A DNA stretch of 64,000 bases. Origin: Trypanosoma brucei. Lineage: Eukaryota. The position numbers and the translations under genes were made by a program. This document shows positions 20,755 to 31,334 of this stretch, piece after piece; within the stretch, counting starts at the first letter, position 1, and each line of letters starts with the position of its first letter. Below the pieces are notes generated by a model that worked only from the letters and a program-made list of their open reading frames with translations, did not search any database and was not told the DNA's origin. Where the stretch lies: NCBI GenBank assembly GCA_000002445.1, contig CM000208.1, forward strand, positions 1,632,001 to 1,696,000. The letters are read 5' to 3'.

Positions 20755-22663
20755 CGTATCTCAGGGTATGGGCACTAGGGCGGTGAAAAGAAAAAAGGAG
20801 AGTGGGAACGTTTAGCGCAAAGTTGAGGCATGTAGGCACTTTCTTGTTTTTCTTTACTTTTCCATATTTGTTTGCTTGACGCTGTGCTGTGCTGTGCTTC
20901 CTGTGAAGAGGAAGAAATGTGATGGTGTGTGCGGGTACCACCGCATCGATTTTGTAGCAATGACATATTTGAGTTATGCCCTCCTCCCTCTGTAATTACT
21001 TTTTGACTGGTGTCTACGAGAGACCCTCCAACTAACGACGACATCTGGAGGCAGGAGTGCTGCTTGGAATCCGAGCGGATACGGTATTGAAACCGAGCGA
21101 CCTCGCGCGACTCGCCCGCAGCGTTTGAAATCAATGCAACAGGAATAGGCATCTTTCCTTGGAATCTAATAAGGTTGGAATGCCCATGAAATTACAAGCT
21201 TCCTCCACATTTTCTACGCGTAGCTACGCGACAGGGAGAGCTGCAGGCATTAAAGGTTGTGCCGTAAAGATAGCAGTGTTCTCGAGAGAAAGACGGAAAG
21301 GCAAAAGGGGTTTGATGCGAAGGTAAATTCTGTATTACTGTGAGTTTTGAAGTCTTCTGCACGTTTGGGAGACGGCGCCAGTTCTGGGGCTTGCAACACC
21401 TCCAAAAACTTTCTTGCATGGGCCTCTTGAGTGTAGGGTCTCAGAAGATCTCATATTTATTTGATACAACCTTTAAATTTTTTTGTTTTGTGTGTATTCC
21501 TCCAATTTTTTTGAATCTTGGCATGCTGTTTAGTTGCTGACGGTGCAGTCCTTCACATGCGGCAGGCTCAAATCTACGCGTGTGTGCTCGTTGCAACCCT
21601 TTGCTTGTGTTGCGGTAACGCATTGTGGGGAGATGCATATGACGCCAGTGAGAGTCGTACGATTAATTCTATCATTTACTGATGCACGTTCATGGGTTCG
21701 TTGTTGTGTTCTGGGTGTAATCGTTGGGAAGTGATGCACACAATCACACAACTCCGTCACTGAAAAAATACCTTTTGAGTCATGTACTTGACTTCGTGGG
21801 TGCATCAATTGACCTCGCCACTGCGTTCTGCCGGCCGTTTGCCCCTCCATTTATAGGGGAAGGGGGGAAGCGCTGAGGAAGTTGAGGATTGCAACGTTGC
21901 AAAGTGCGACATTGTCCGCAAGGTGGATGAAGTTAAGCCTCCCTTCCCCCATCCGTGCTGCTTCTTGTGTCCTGCATCCTTTCGAATTCGTTTCTTTTTT
22001 TTTTAATTGTTATTGTTGTTGTTGTTTTGGACCCTCCTCGTCTCAGAGGAAGGTCGAGGATGAGAGGATCGGCTGGGTGCCGCGGACATTGGTGTGTTGA
22101 ATGAGACGAGCCTCTTCGTGTGAGTTGGAACAAATTGCTGCCAAGCATCGTTGTGGTACGGCCACTTAATCTCCAGGATTGTTATGGTTGTTCTATTTTT
22201 GCATTATTAGTGGAGCCTTTAGTGCATTATTTGTTTGTTTCAGCTACGGGCTTTTGGTTGGGGCAGTTTATAAAGCGTCCAGAAGGAATTAGGAAGCGCG
22301 TACTTTTCTTCTATGGCTTGCAGGCCGTGTCCCGTTTTTGTTACTAGTGGCATCTGACATTTCGATGGGGGCTACTGCATTATTTTGTTTTCTCCTTTTT
22401 CATTTTGGGGTGCTGGTGGTGAAAGCAACGATACCTAGTATTTTTTTCTAACGTCGAACTCTCTGTTCCGCAGCTCGGCGAGGCAGAATAAAATAAAATC
22501 ACGAGCATGAAGTTGCTGTGCAATTGGGGTTTTAAATGGCGACAACGCAAAACACGAAGATCTTCCACTTTTCCCCCCTGACCCAGTTAATAGCGGGTTC
22601 GAGTACAGATATTAGTGTGTACACAAGTGCAAAAGCGCGCACATATTATTCTGCGGAAGCGTA

Positions 22664-23386
22664 ATGCCGCAGCTGCGGGTGGAGTATGCCAAGTCCGGAC
22701 GCGCGAAGTGCTCTGCCGCATCGTGCAATAAACCGATCTCCAAGCACGAGGTGCGCGTTGGCATTGCCGTTATGTTCCAACCCGTGGGGAGCACTAGCGG
22801 TGAACCAACTCTGTCTTACAAGTGGCGTCATGTCTGTTGTTTCACTGAGCGTCAAATAAAGAACGCTGAAGCTGAGGGTGGACTCGACGCTATTGAGGGC
22901 CTTGAAGAACTGGCGGAGGTGGATAGAGATCTTATAGCACAAATGATGCGCGGGGAGTTGATTGACCGGATGGATGTTATGGGGCGCGTTGGAGATGTCG
23001 AGAACTCGCCTGCCAGCCGTGGTTCCCTAAAGGGAGAGAAGTTTTCCCATTCCGACGGGAGGGCCGCGACAAAACGCAAACGAGGTGATGGGTCCGAGTC
23101 AAGGGAGACGGGTTCTCCACCAGACCTATCAAAAAGAGGCAAGTCCAAAAAGGGTGGTGTGGTCAGCCTGACCCCCAGTCGTGACAAAGATACGAATGAG
23201 GGTGAGATATCAGATTCTACAACAGAGGAGTTTGAAGTTTCCGTTGAGGCGACGAGACCACCTTGCCCATACGGCAAGGAGTGCTTCCGCACCAGCGTGA
23301 GCCACATGGCAGAGTATTCTCACGGGGCAGAATCCGACAGGGCGGTGCCAGCGCGGCTTCGGGCTGTTATAAGGCATTCAGTTTAA
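22664..23386 (+). CDS. zf-PARP (PARP-type zinc finger) plus PBZ (PAR-binding C2H2 zinc finger) protein; putative DNA-break/PAR sensor
   Basis: The N-terminus (VEYAKSGRAKCSAASCNKPISKHEVRVG...WRHVCCF) matches the PARP1/LIG3 zinc-finger consensus EYAKSGRAxCxxC...W.H..CF. The C-terminus (PPCPYGKECFRTSVSHMAEYSHG) fits the PBZ pattern C-x5-C-x6-H-x5-H. A K/R/S-rich linker separates them. Confidence 0.75.
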   Translation: MPQLRVEYAKSGRAKCSAASCNKPISKHEVRVGIAVMFQPVGSTSGEPTLSYKWRHVCCFTERQIKNAEAEGGLDAIEGLEELAEVDRDLIAQMMRGELIDRMDVMGRVGDVENSPASRGSLKGEKFSHSDGRAATKRKRGDGSESRETGSPPDLSKRGKSKKGGVVSLTPSRDKDTNEGEISDSTTEEFEVSVEATRPPCPYGKECFRTSVSHMAEYSHGAESDRAVPARLRAVIRHSV

Positions 23387-24494
23387 AAAGTTGTGTGGAG
23401 ATTTATTATTACAAAGAACGAGGGGGGAAAAGGCTCGTGAAATACGAACCTTGCTGCGCTCTTCCTTCCTCTTCCGGGGGGGGGGGTGTCAAAAATTAAA
23501 AATAAACCTCTTTCTGTCGTTGTTAAACCTGGATATGCATGTGCTTTTACATTTTTACCGGCACCCTTTTTAGTAGTGCGGCTACCTCCCATTTACACCT
23601 CTCTTTGGTTGCTCTTTTCCCCTTCCCGCCTTCTATTAATACCTTTGTGCAACTTATATACTACCCTTCTATCAGCTCGTTTCTTGCCTGTCACAACATT
23701 TGCTTTTTTTCAAAAAAAAGCAGGGGAAGGGAATGATATCAGTGTACCGCAGGTGGTGATTTGTCAGAACGCAGGGGTGCTTTAGTTGGCGGGTTATTAA
23801 GCTGCGTGTGTACCGTATTTTTACCCTTTACAGATCTGGTGCTGCAGTCACGCTGGTTACTAGGTTCTACTGACCACAACGTATGTGCGGTATTAAGCTC
23901 TATGGCGGCTGATCAAAAGAAATTGCGGAAATCGAAAAAAGAAAAAGTGTTACGTACGCTTTCACCGCAGTGTATCGCAATCCCTAGAAGCCCGAGGCGT
24001 TTAACAGTTCGCGCCGCGATTGTGCAGCTGCCTGGCGTCGCGTCATTGGTGATTTGATTACCATCATTTTTACTTTGAAGTTAAGTTGCCTTCTTCGCCT
24101 GGTCTCTGCATGCTATCCGTCTGATTTTTGCTCCACCTCATGGTGTGGGGGGTTACCGTTAAGGGTGGTGAAGAATGCATTACTTCCCAACTTTCAGCAT
24201 ATGAGCTAAGTGTGTGTGTGGGTCAAACGTTGGCGTTGAAATCCGTATGTTCTGCCACCAAATGCACACTGCGAGGAGGAGTTGTATATTGTATACTTTT
24301 TCCAGAAATAATAATTGTGCTCAATCGTCTTTCCGTATCCCCTTGGAGGTGCGTGTCGTGTGTGTCATTCGCCTAACTGTTGGTTAGCTTCTTTTTGATT
24401 AAGCAACTCCTCTGACACCACATCTGCACACACCCTAAAATATGTGTATATATGCGCCCATATTTATTGGTAGCACCGAAGCAGTAAAGGCATC

Positions 24495-25826
24495 ATGTCC
24501 GGGCCTGGGGTTGATTTAACTCCAGTGGGAGCAGTTGCACCAGCGGGAGTTGTACTTCACTCCGGGCAACAGTTTGTAACACCCGGTGCTAATGGCCATG
24601 TGATACGTAACTCTCCCTATGGTTCCAAGCGCCCGTTGTACGGGTGGGGTGACCTTTTTCGTCCTGGAAAGACAGCAATTGTCCCCGGGTGGTCAAATAT
24701 TCACATTGGCGTAAGTTCTCTTAACGCCGTCCCAGGAGCGGACAGACGCATGAGGACGCTGATGACAAAGTACCAAAAAAAGTTTAACTGCCTCGAGCAC
24801 TGCTATACTTTTCACAATGTGGGTGATGAGGACATGTGGCGAACTTGGAGGGAACTCGCCTTGCTTCCTATGAATTCGGGACCTTCGTCGTCGCCAGCAC
24901 AGTCTCCGCGCCAGAGGGATAAAGGCACAGGTGTAAAGGAAAAAGCAGATACTCCCTGCAAGTATGCCTGCGGCGAGAAGAGGAGGAGAGCGAGCCAGAA
25001 TGAAGTCACCACTGCTGATGTTGAAGCCTCCTTCGGTTACGACGATGACGTTGACAGCTGTGCCAACTGTGGTAACCAACACTCGCCTTTTATGTACACA
25101 ATAAAAGCAAATCGGTACCTCACCCATAACCGTTTGCTGGTCATGGACGATGCCACCAAGGAGCACATTACACAGTTTTTTGTTCAGCGTTGCACCTTAC
25201 TGGAACATATCCTCGGCCCCGTACTGTTTCAGCTTCCCCCACACTTTCCGAAAACAGGCGAGCATGTGGCTCGCATTGAAGCAGTTGCTGCCTGTTTACC
25301 TAAAAATATTCGTGTGGCTGTTGAATTTCGTCATGTGTCGTGGTATGCTGAAGACACTCGAGAGCTCTTGCAGCGTTTGCAGTGGGCACAAGTGGTGGCA
25401 CATAACCTTGACGTTTCCGCTGGCTCCGTACATGTCGACACGGGAGTTCCTTTCATGTACGTTCGTATGCATGGCCCGCTGGGTCGCAATGTCGGGGATT
25501 ACGGCCCATTGATTCTTTCGTCGTGGGCAAAACGCATCGTCGAATTTGTGCGTGCCGACCGGGATGGTACCGATGGGAAGGTGGACGGTGCGGTCACACC
25601 GAAGCGAGAGGTTTTCTTTTTCTTTAACAATGGTGACTCCAGCGTGGGTGGCACAACCAGCTCTGTTGTGGACGCTACCTGTTTGGCAGAAAAGGTGAGA
25701 ATGCTCCTGGCGAGGCAGCGCGGAGCCATCCAAGGGGTTGACTATGTCGACGTGAACAGCAGTGAGAGCAGTTGTAACGAAGACGACAGGCGTACTGTAA
25801 AGGAGACATTCATAATAAGTGATTAG
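24495..25826 (+). CDS. DUF72 (UPF0759) family protein
   Basis: Both hallmark DUF72 blocks are present: LGPVLFQLPPHFP and VAVEFRHVSWY. Confidence 0.7.
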   Translation: MSGPGVDLTPVGAVAPAGVVLHSGQQFVTPGANGHVIRNSPYGSKRPLYGWGDLFRPGKTAIVPGWSNIHIGVSSLNAVPGADRRMRTLMTKYQKKFNCLEHCYTFHNVGDEDMWRTWRELALLPMNSGPSSSPAQSPRQRDKGTGVKEKADTPCKYACGEKRRRASQNEVTTADVEASFGYDDDVDSCANCGNQHSPFMYTIKANRYLTHNRLLVMDDATKEHITQFFVQRCTLLEHILGPVLFQLPPHFPKTGEHVARIEAVAACLPKNIRVAVEFRHVSWYAEDTRELLQRLQWAQVVAHNLDVSAGSVHVDTGVPFMYVRMHGPLGRNVGDYGPLILSSWAKRIVEFVRADRDGTDGKVDGAVTPKREVFFFFNNGDSSVGGTTSSVVDATCLAEKVRMLLARQRGAIQGVDYVDVNSSESSCNEDDRRTVKETFIISD

Positions 25827-26496
25827 TACACTTTTCTTGGGTTCAGCACACACACATATATATGGGTACATTCTTATATGCGTTTGTGCACGTATTGGCA
25901 GGGTAGAGAGGAGCACATTGTGGATCAGTGTTTGGAAGGTTTCATCTTTCTCAACTCTTCGTTGTCGTTGGTCGCTAACGTATGGAGCACCAACAGAAGG
26001 GTCTCTCAGTAATATACAAACAAAAAACATGTTCCCTTTCCCACATTATAGTTAGACCTTTTAGTTTATGGGCTTATTTTTGACTTTTTTTTTTGACACT
26101 TAAAAGTGCACATAGACCTGATTTGGTTGTGTGCTAAGTGTCGCGCACCAATCACAGTACATAGTTGCTTGGTATTTCCACCCATCTTCTTGCAGTACAG
26201 CCTGAGGCGACGTCCCTCAGCACGTATGTCGTTCCCTAACAAGTTTACACACTTGCATAAGGCGCGTGAGTTTCATATTCAGATGTGCTATTAGGCCGTG
26301 GGTTTAATTAAATAACACTTTCGATGCTTACTTGTTTGGACACTTCTCTCCTTTACATTCTGAATGTGAGCAGGGCGTACAGTAGGTGTTTTTTACCTTT
26401 TTTTTTTTGCGACGGAGAGAACTGCCTGCTTCTGGTATTTGCGTTAGGTGCCAGTTTCTGTAAGAGGGTCACGGAAACAAGAACGATTATCCGTCA

Positions 26497-27459
26497 ATGC
26501 GAGCTGCGAAGGAACCACCTTTGCCAGAGGATATTCGTGTTCGTCTCGACAATCTGAATGGTGGAAGCACCGCTGATGAGTGGAAGGCTGTCGGTAACGA
26601 TTGCTTTTCTCGGGGCTTTTATCTTAGCGCCATCCGATGTTACACAAAAGCCCTCGATTTGGACTCTAGTAGTGCCGCGGTGTATAGCAACCGGAGTGCT
26701 GCTTATCTGAAGAGTACAATGTTTGCTGGACCGGCTCTTGCATTAAAAGACGCGGAGCACGCCGTGCGTTTGGATCCCGGGTGGTACAAGGCTCACCTCC
26801 GTGTTGCCGATGCGCAGTTTGGACGAAAGAAGTATGAGGAAGCGAAGGCCGCGTACCAAAAGGTACTGGAGCTGAACAATTCCTGTGTTGCTGCAAAGGA
26901 CTCCCTGAAGCTTGTGGAGCAAGAGCTTTTTTTGCAGTTTCTTGATGATCAAAAGAAGAAAGAACGTAAAGATGAGCTAAACGGGGGTGATCAAGATGGG
27001 GTGAGCAAAGGTGATTCCTTCAGTTGGTCACACAATACTACAGGAAGCGGCAATAATGTAACGGCATCACCAACGCCAAGCAACGACAGGGCGCAAGTTG
27101 AGGTTAGTGAAAGCGAGGTCGAGCGTCACATCCGCCTGTGGACACAAGATACCGTCCTTCGCGAGGACCGCACTGGCATGCGTGCATTTGGTGCAACCAT
27201 AGACGAAGCCGACAGGGAGGCGGGTGTGGAATACAAGAAAAATCTTCTGTCGAAGTTTCGCAACCGACTAGAAACTGATGAGCCACTGCGTTCCAACGTC
27301 GAGAGGAGGCTTGACCGGCAGATGCGGCTTGGTGAGAATGTTGACTACCGGAACCCTGAAAAACACCGCGCGATACTCATGCGAGGGACTGATGGTGTGG
27401 GGTTGGGCATATCAACAGACGCGTACAAATCTTATAAGTATGAGAGTACGATGTGGTGA
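26497..27459 (+). CDS. TPR-repeat protein
   Basis: There are three N-terminal TPR-like repeats (WKAVGNDCFSRGFYLSAIRCYTKALDLD..., AVYSNRSAAYLK..., WYKAHLRVADAQFGRKKYEEAKAAYQKVLEL). The C-terminal half is charged and shows no domain. Confidence 0.65.
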   Translation: MRAAKEPPLPEDIRVRLDNLNGGSTADEWKAVGNDCFSRGFYLSAIRCYTKALDLDSSSAAVYSNRSAAYLKSTMFAGPALALKDAEHAVRLDPGWYKAHLRVADAQFGRKKYEEAKAAYQKVLELNNSCVAAKDSLKLVEQELFLQFLDDQKKKERKDELNGGDQDGVSKGDSFSWSHNTTGSGNNVTASPTPSNDRAQVEVSESEVERHIRLWTQDTVLREDRTGMRAFGATIDEADREAGVEYKKNLLSKFRNRLETDEPLRSNVERRLDRQMRLGENVDYRNPEKHRAILMRGTDGVGLGISTDAYKSYKYESTMW

Positions 27460-28434
27460 GATTGTTATTATTATTATTATTGTTGTTATTTATTTTTGTT
27501 TGTTTGTCTGTGCGGAAGAGAAGGTAAGTATTGGTGGGGATGTAGTACGAGAAGTAAGGAAGAGTTGGTAACTGGTTTTGGCAACGCTATGGGGCAGGTG
27601 AGGAAAGGATGGGCTGCAAGTATGAGTTGTAGATGTCTACATATTTTTCTTGTTTTTTTTATTTTCTTCAACCACTCGCCCACTGTTGTCGTTTTTTTTT
27701 TAATTGTTCAGACTTCCCTTCTCTTTTTTTTTTTCACCCTTATCAACTTCAGGTGATGTGATGTGCCTACGTATTCATCCCACCTTCTTGCGAATGGGTG
27801 ATTAGGTAGTATTTACTTTGTTATGTGCACAACGTTGCTTTTCTTTTCTTTCACTTGCGCGTGTGGGCAATGCGAATTCATCTACGGTCGCCACCTTCAT
27901 AAATGAAAAGACTCCTCCATTCGTTGCGTAGGGCTCGACACCTGTATATAAATGTTTATTTATGAACTGTTTTTTTTTTTATGTTTGTGTGACAGTTGAA
28001 AGAAAGAGTTTTGCATGCGCGGTTGTAGTTGGTGGTGTGTGGCCCGCCTTCACTTTGTGGGGTGAGTTTCCTCCGTTATTTTTGTACTAAAGAATGGCGA
28101 TATTCATACCAACAAACATGAACGGGTGATGCTTGAAACAATCGGGGGAGACGGAGGGTCTACCCTTTTTTTTTTTTGCATCAAGGGGGATATCGTAAGG
28201 GAACGGGGTCAAGAACAACAGAGCAAACGGAAAAGAAAGAAATGCAACCCGACCGAAGTCAATAGTCGCTAATATTATTAATAAAATAGGCCGTTATTCT
28301 CCTTGTTATTCTATTTCCCTCCTCCATTCTATTTACTCTTTGTACCCTCTACCACACTAAAATTGGTTGGTAGGTTAAAGATGTTGTTGGTGTTGGGGGG
28401 AAATGAAATGTAACTGACAGGACAGCCAAAGATA

Positions 28435-28473
28435 CAACAACAACAACAACAACAAGAACAGCAGCAGCAGCAA
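28435..28473. repeat. (CAA)7(CAG)5 compound trinucleotide microsatellite
   Basis: caacaacaacaacaacaagaacagcagcagcagca sits within the long ORF-free stretch 27460..29684. Confidence 0.85.
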
Positions 28474-29684
28474 TATTGCGAGACGGTCAAGGGAGAAAGG
28501 TGAAAGGAAGAGCAAAAAAACCAAGGGGAAGTAAAAATGTTGAACCTGAAAGAAATTTGCGGAATAAAAGGTTCACTCCCTGAGGGGACTAACCGGATGG
28601 ACTGAATTTTTTACGCACTGAATTTTGATCCTTTCCTTTTAACCCCCTCGCTTTGTTTTCCGTGGAAGTGACGAAGAAAGTTGCGTAGTGTGGGTGTATG
28701 TTTTTGTGGTGCTTCCGTGTGGTTGCGGTGAATGATTTTCCCCAACAACCGGCGGTTCTCTTTAATTTTTTTTTCCCCTTCCCTTCTTCTCCCTTCCTCT
28801 TTCCTATTGATTTTATAGCCTTATTCCGTAAGACGAAACACTACAAATCACCATGGACACATCCAAGCGTCACATTATTTCTCATCGCTCGGGGTTGTAA
28901 GGAATTCTGTTTTACCCGTTTTTTTTTTCCCCACCGTTAACCCTCCTGTCCTCTAACTTTCCATTTCCTTCTCTCCACAGTTTTTTTATACGAGTGGTGT
29001 ACCCGTGCGTAAGAGCAGGCGAATTCAGGTGTATGTATATATGCATTCCTCTTTCTCTCTTTCTCTCTCTCTATATATATGTGTGTACATGTTTTCTTTT
29101 GTTTGGTATTACCTTCGTGAACAGCTGCCTAATATGGTGGAAAATACTCTTTTTTTTTCCCCCTCTCTCTCTCCATTTTTGATTCTGCTACGGAAAAGGA
29201 TATTAAGGAAGGAGGGAGGAGCGTAGTTCCACCTGAGAGACCGTACGACAAGTGCTAACAACCGGATAACGTCAGCTCAGAGAGGGAAGTAACGAAGAAG
29301 AGGGAGAGAACAGAACCCGAGTAACGAAATCGACATCGACATTAGGTAACACTTTCTGGAGGAATATTTGTCGTCTTCTTTAATATTATTTTTTTTTTGT
29401 ATTTTACGTGTTGCTTTTGTTTATCTTTCGTGTTCGCGTGGTTGGCAGCTGCGGGTGATTAAGAGTCATACGAAACAAAGGCGAGAGTGCAAGGAAAGGT
29501 CACACAGCAAACAGAAAAAAAAAATTACGATATTAATAGCAGGAGAAATACGCTGTTGGGTAAGCTCACAAAACGTTGTCGCAGCTGTACAATCCCCCCT
29601 ACAAGCGCACACATTTATACGAGTAATAATCACCTAAACGCTACACGGGTTCAGGTGTGTAGGTGTGTGTGTAGGTGAGTACCA

Positions 29685-31334
29685 ATGAGCTTAAGACTTG
29701 GTCAGCCGACATCCGAGCAGAGAAACCGACGGGTGTTTCTCCGCTTCACCCCCATTGTTAATGAGGGAACTGAAGAAGGCAAACTGTCCTCTAGCCTTTC
29801 AACAACTACGATGACTTCGAACACGTCATTAGTTGAGGAGCAGTCGCGCAATATCGCCACTAACGTCGATTCAACCCCCAAGTCAAGTATGCCACCTCTT
29901 CCTATCCCTGAAAAGATCGGGAGTAAAAGCAACACACCTCAGGGACTGCTGTCACCGCACAAAGTCATGAAGGAAGAGGCAGGTGCCATGCAATCACCGG
30001 ACAACATACGCTCCCCTGGAAATAGAAAAAAGAAAAATGATGAATCTCCTGTTCGGCTAAGCACTGATTCCTTAACTCAGCAGGAGAGTATGCACCTTGG
30101 GACCATATACACTCGTTACGCCTCCTTTTCACCAAAGGAGGGTTGTTTGGTTAATCTCCTGAATGATGTCACTGGTGCGGGATCTGTTAGCGAATGTGAT
30201 GTGTGGCTTTACCAACTTGAAAATGTCTTGGGGGTGCCCCGCAGAGAACTGTGCGGCGGAACTCTTGGTATCAGACCAGAATCATCTGAGTCCCCGAAAC
30301 AACAATCATATGGACCCAGACGCATGTTGACGTATGGTGAGGTGTTGCGTTTCGCAACCTGGTTGAAGTCTGCGCATAAAATGCGCATTGGACCAAGACA
30401 TGCGTCACTGCCGTCTAATTCTACCCCGGTGAAAGGTGCAGGTAAAGCGGCCGATGACACACCAAGTAAGACTGCCACGCATTCCGGGCGAGAGGTAAAA
30501 AAACTGGACGGCATTAAGAGGCCAAAAGAGAGTGCGAAGTTCAATATTGGCTCTGGAAAGGGAAAGCGGGATAGTGGACCCTCCAGGCTGTTCACACCAA
30601 CTACGGGGAGTAGTGAAGTTCACATGCCCTCCATTGGCAAACGACCGGGTTCGACATCTGTTAGCACGACCACACGCGGTTACAATTTGGAGTTGCAATC
30701 TTTCGCCGAATTGGGCGGTGGCTCGGATGGCACCGGAACCATCCGCCTCATTGATTTGAAGCGGATGTTGCAGTCTTTCAGCATCGAGGCCACCTTTGGC
30801 ACGTGTGTGGGACGGGTGATTGATAAAAATAACACGGGATGCATTACCTTTGAAGAGTTTTTGTGGGTTCTCGAGTTTGGTGTGCGAGGGATGGGCCCAG
30901 CGGCTGCTATCCATGACCATCTGGCTGCGCCTCTCACACCTCAAAATGTAGTCACGCCCCCAGTATCCACGGAGAGGTCTCCGGCCTCTGGCAACAAAGG
31001 GAGGTCGACCAAACCGTCACCATCAAAAAAAGGCCGACTGGCGGCAACACTTGAAGCAATACGCAAGTCATTTGCAGCCCAGTCCGAGAAGTTGTCTCCA
31101 TATTTGACCAGCCTCAAGACCGAGCGCAGGTCGAGGAGCGGCAGGCGGTCACCCAACAACCTTCGAAAAGACCGCAGGAAGCTGAGCATCTCACCCTGCC
31201 GAGGTCTGCTCACACGCTCTACGCCCGGACGACGCTGTTCCTCACGCAAGAAGAGCCGTGGTAGGTCTCCGACAAATAGAGGTACCGGCAAGAGATTACA
31301 TACGGCCAGAAAGGATGTAGCACTCGGGGCGTAG
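29685..31334 (+). CDS. hypothetical S/P/R-rich protein with one EF-hand-like loop and an RS/basic C-terminal tail
   Basis: The canonical EF-hand loop DKNNTGCITFEEF has D1, N3, T5, G6, I8 and E12. The N-terminus is Ser/Thr/Pro-rich. The C-terminus is rich in RSRS/RRS/KK. Confidence 0.45.
   Translation: MSLRLGQPTSEQRNRRVFLRFTPIVNEGTEEGKLSSSLSTTTMTSNTSLVEEQSRNIATNVDSTPKSSMPPLPIPEKIGSKSNTPQGLLSPHKVMKEEAGAMQSPDNIRSPGNRKKKNDESPVRLSTDSLTQQESMHLGTIYTRYASFSPKEGCLVNLLNDVTGAGSVSECDVWLYQLENVLGVPRRELCGGTLGIRPESSESPKQQSYGPRRMLTYGEVLRFATWLKSAHKMRIGPRHASLPSNSTPVKGAGKAADDTPSKTATHSGREVKKLDGIKRPKESAKFNIGSGKGKRDSGPSRLFTPTTGSSEVHMPSIGKRPGSTSVSTTTRGYNLELQSFAELGGGSDGTGTIRLIDLKRMLQSFSIEATFGTCVGRVIDKNNTGCITFEEFLWVLEFGVRGMGPAAAIHDHLAAPLTPQNVVTPPVSTERSPASGNKGRSTKPSPSKKGRLAATLEAIRKSFAAQSEKLSPYLTSLKTERRSRSGRRSPNNLRKDRRKLSISPCRGLLTRSTPGRRCSSRKKSRGRSPTNRGTGKRLHTARKDVALGA

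Noticed and set aside
20755-22663. 1.9-kb spacer with several 60-125 aa ORFs on both strands
   Set aside because: None shows a domain or periodicity. This is consistent with UTR or intergenic sequence.
30405-31291. Minus-strand ORFs of 179 aa and 116 aa
   Set aside because: They are antisense to the EF-hand/RS-rich CDS. The Arg/Ser-rich sense codons produce open antisense frames. No independent support.
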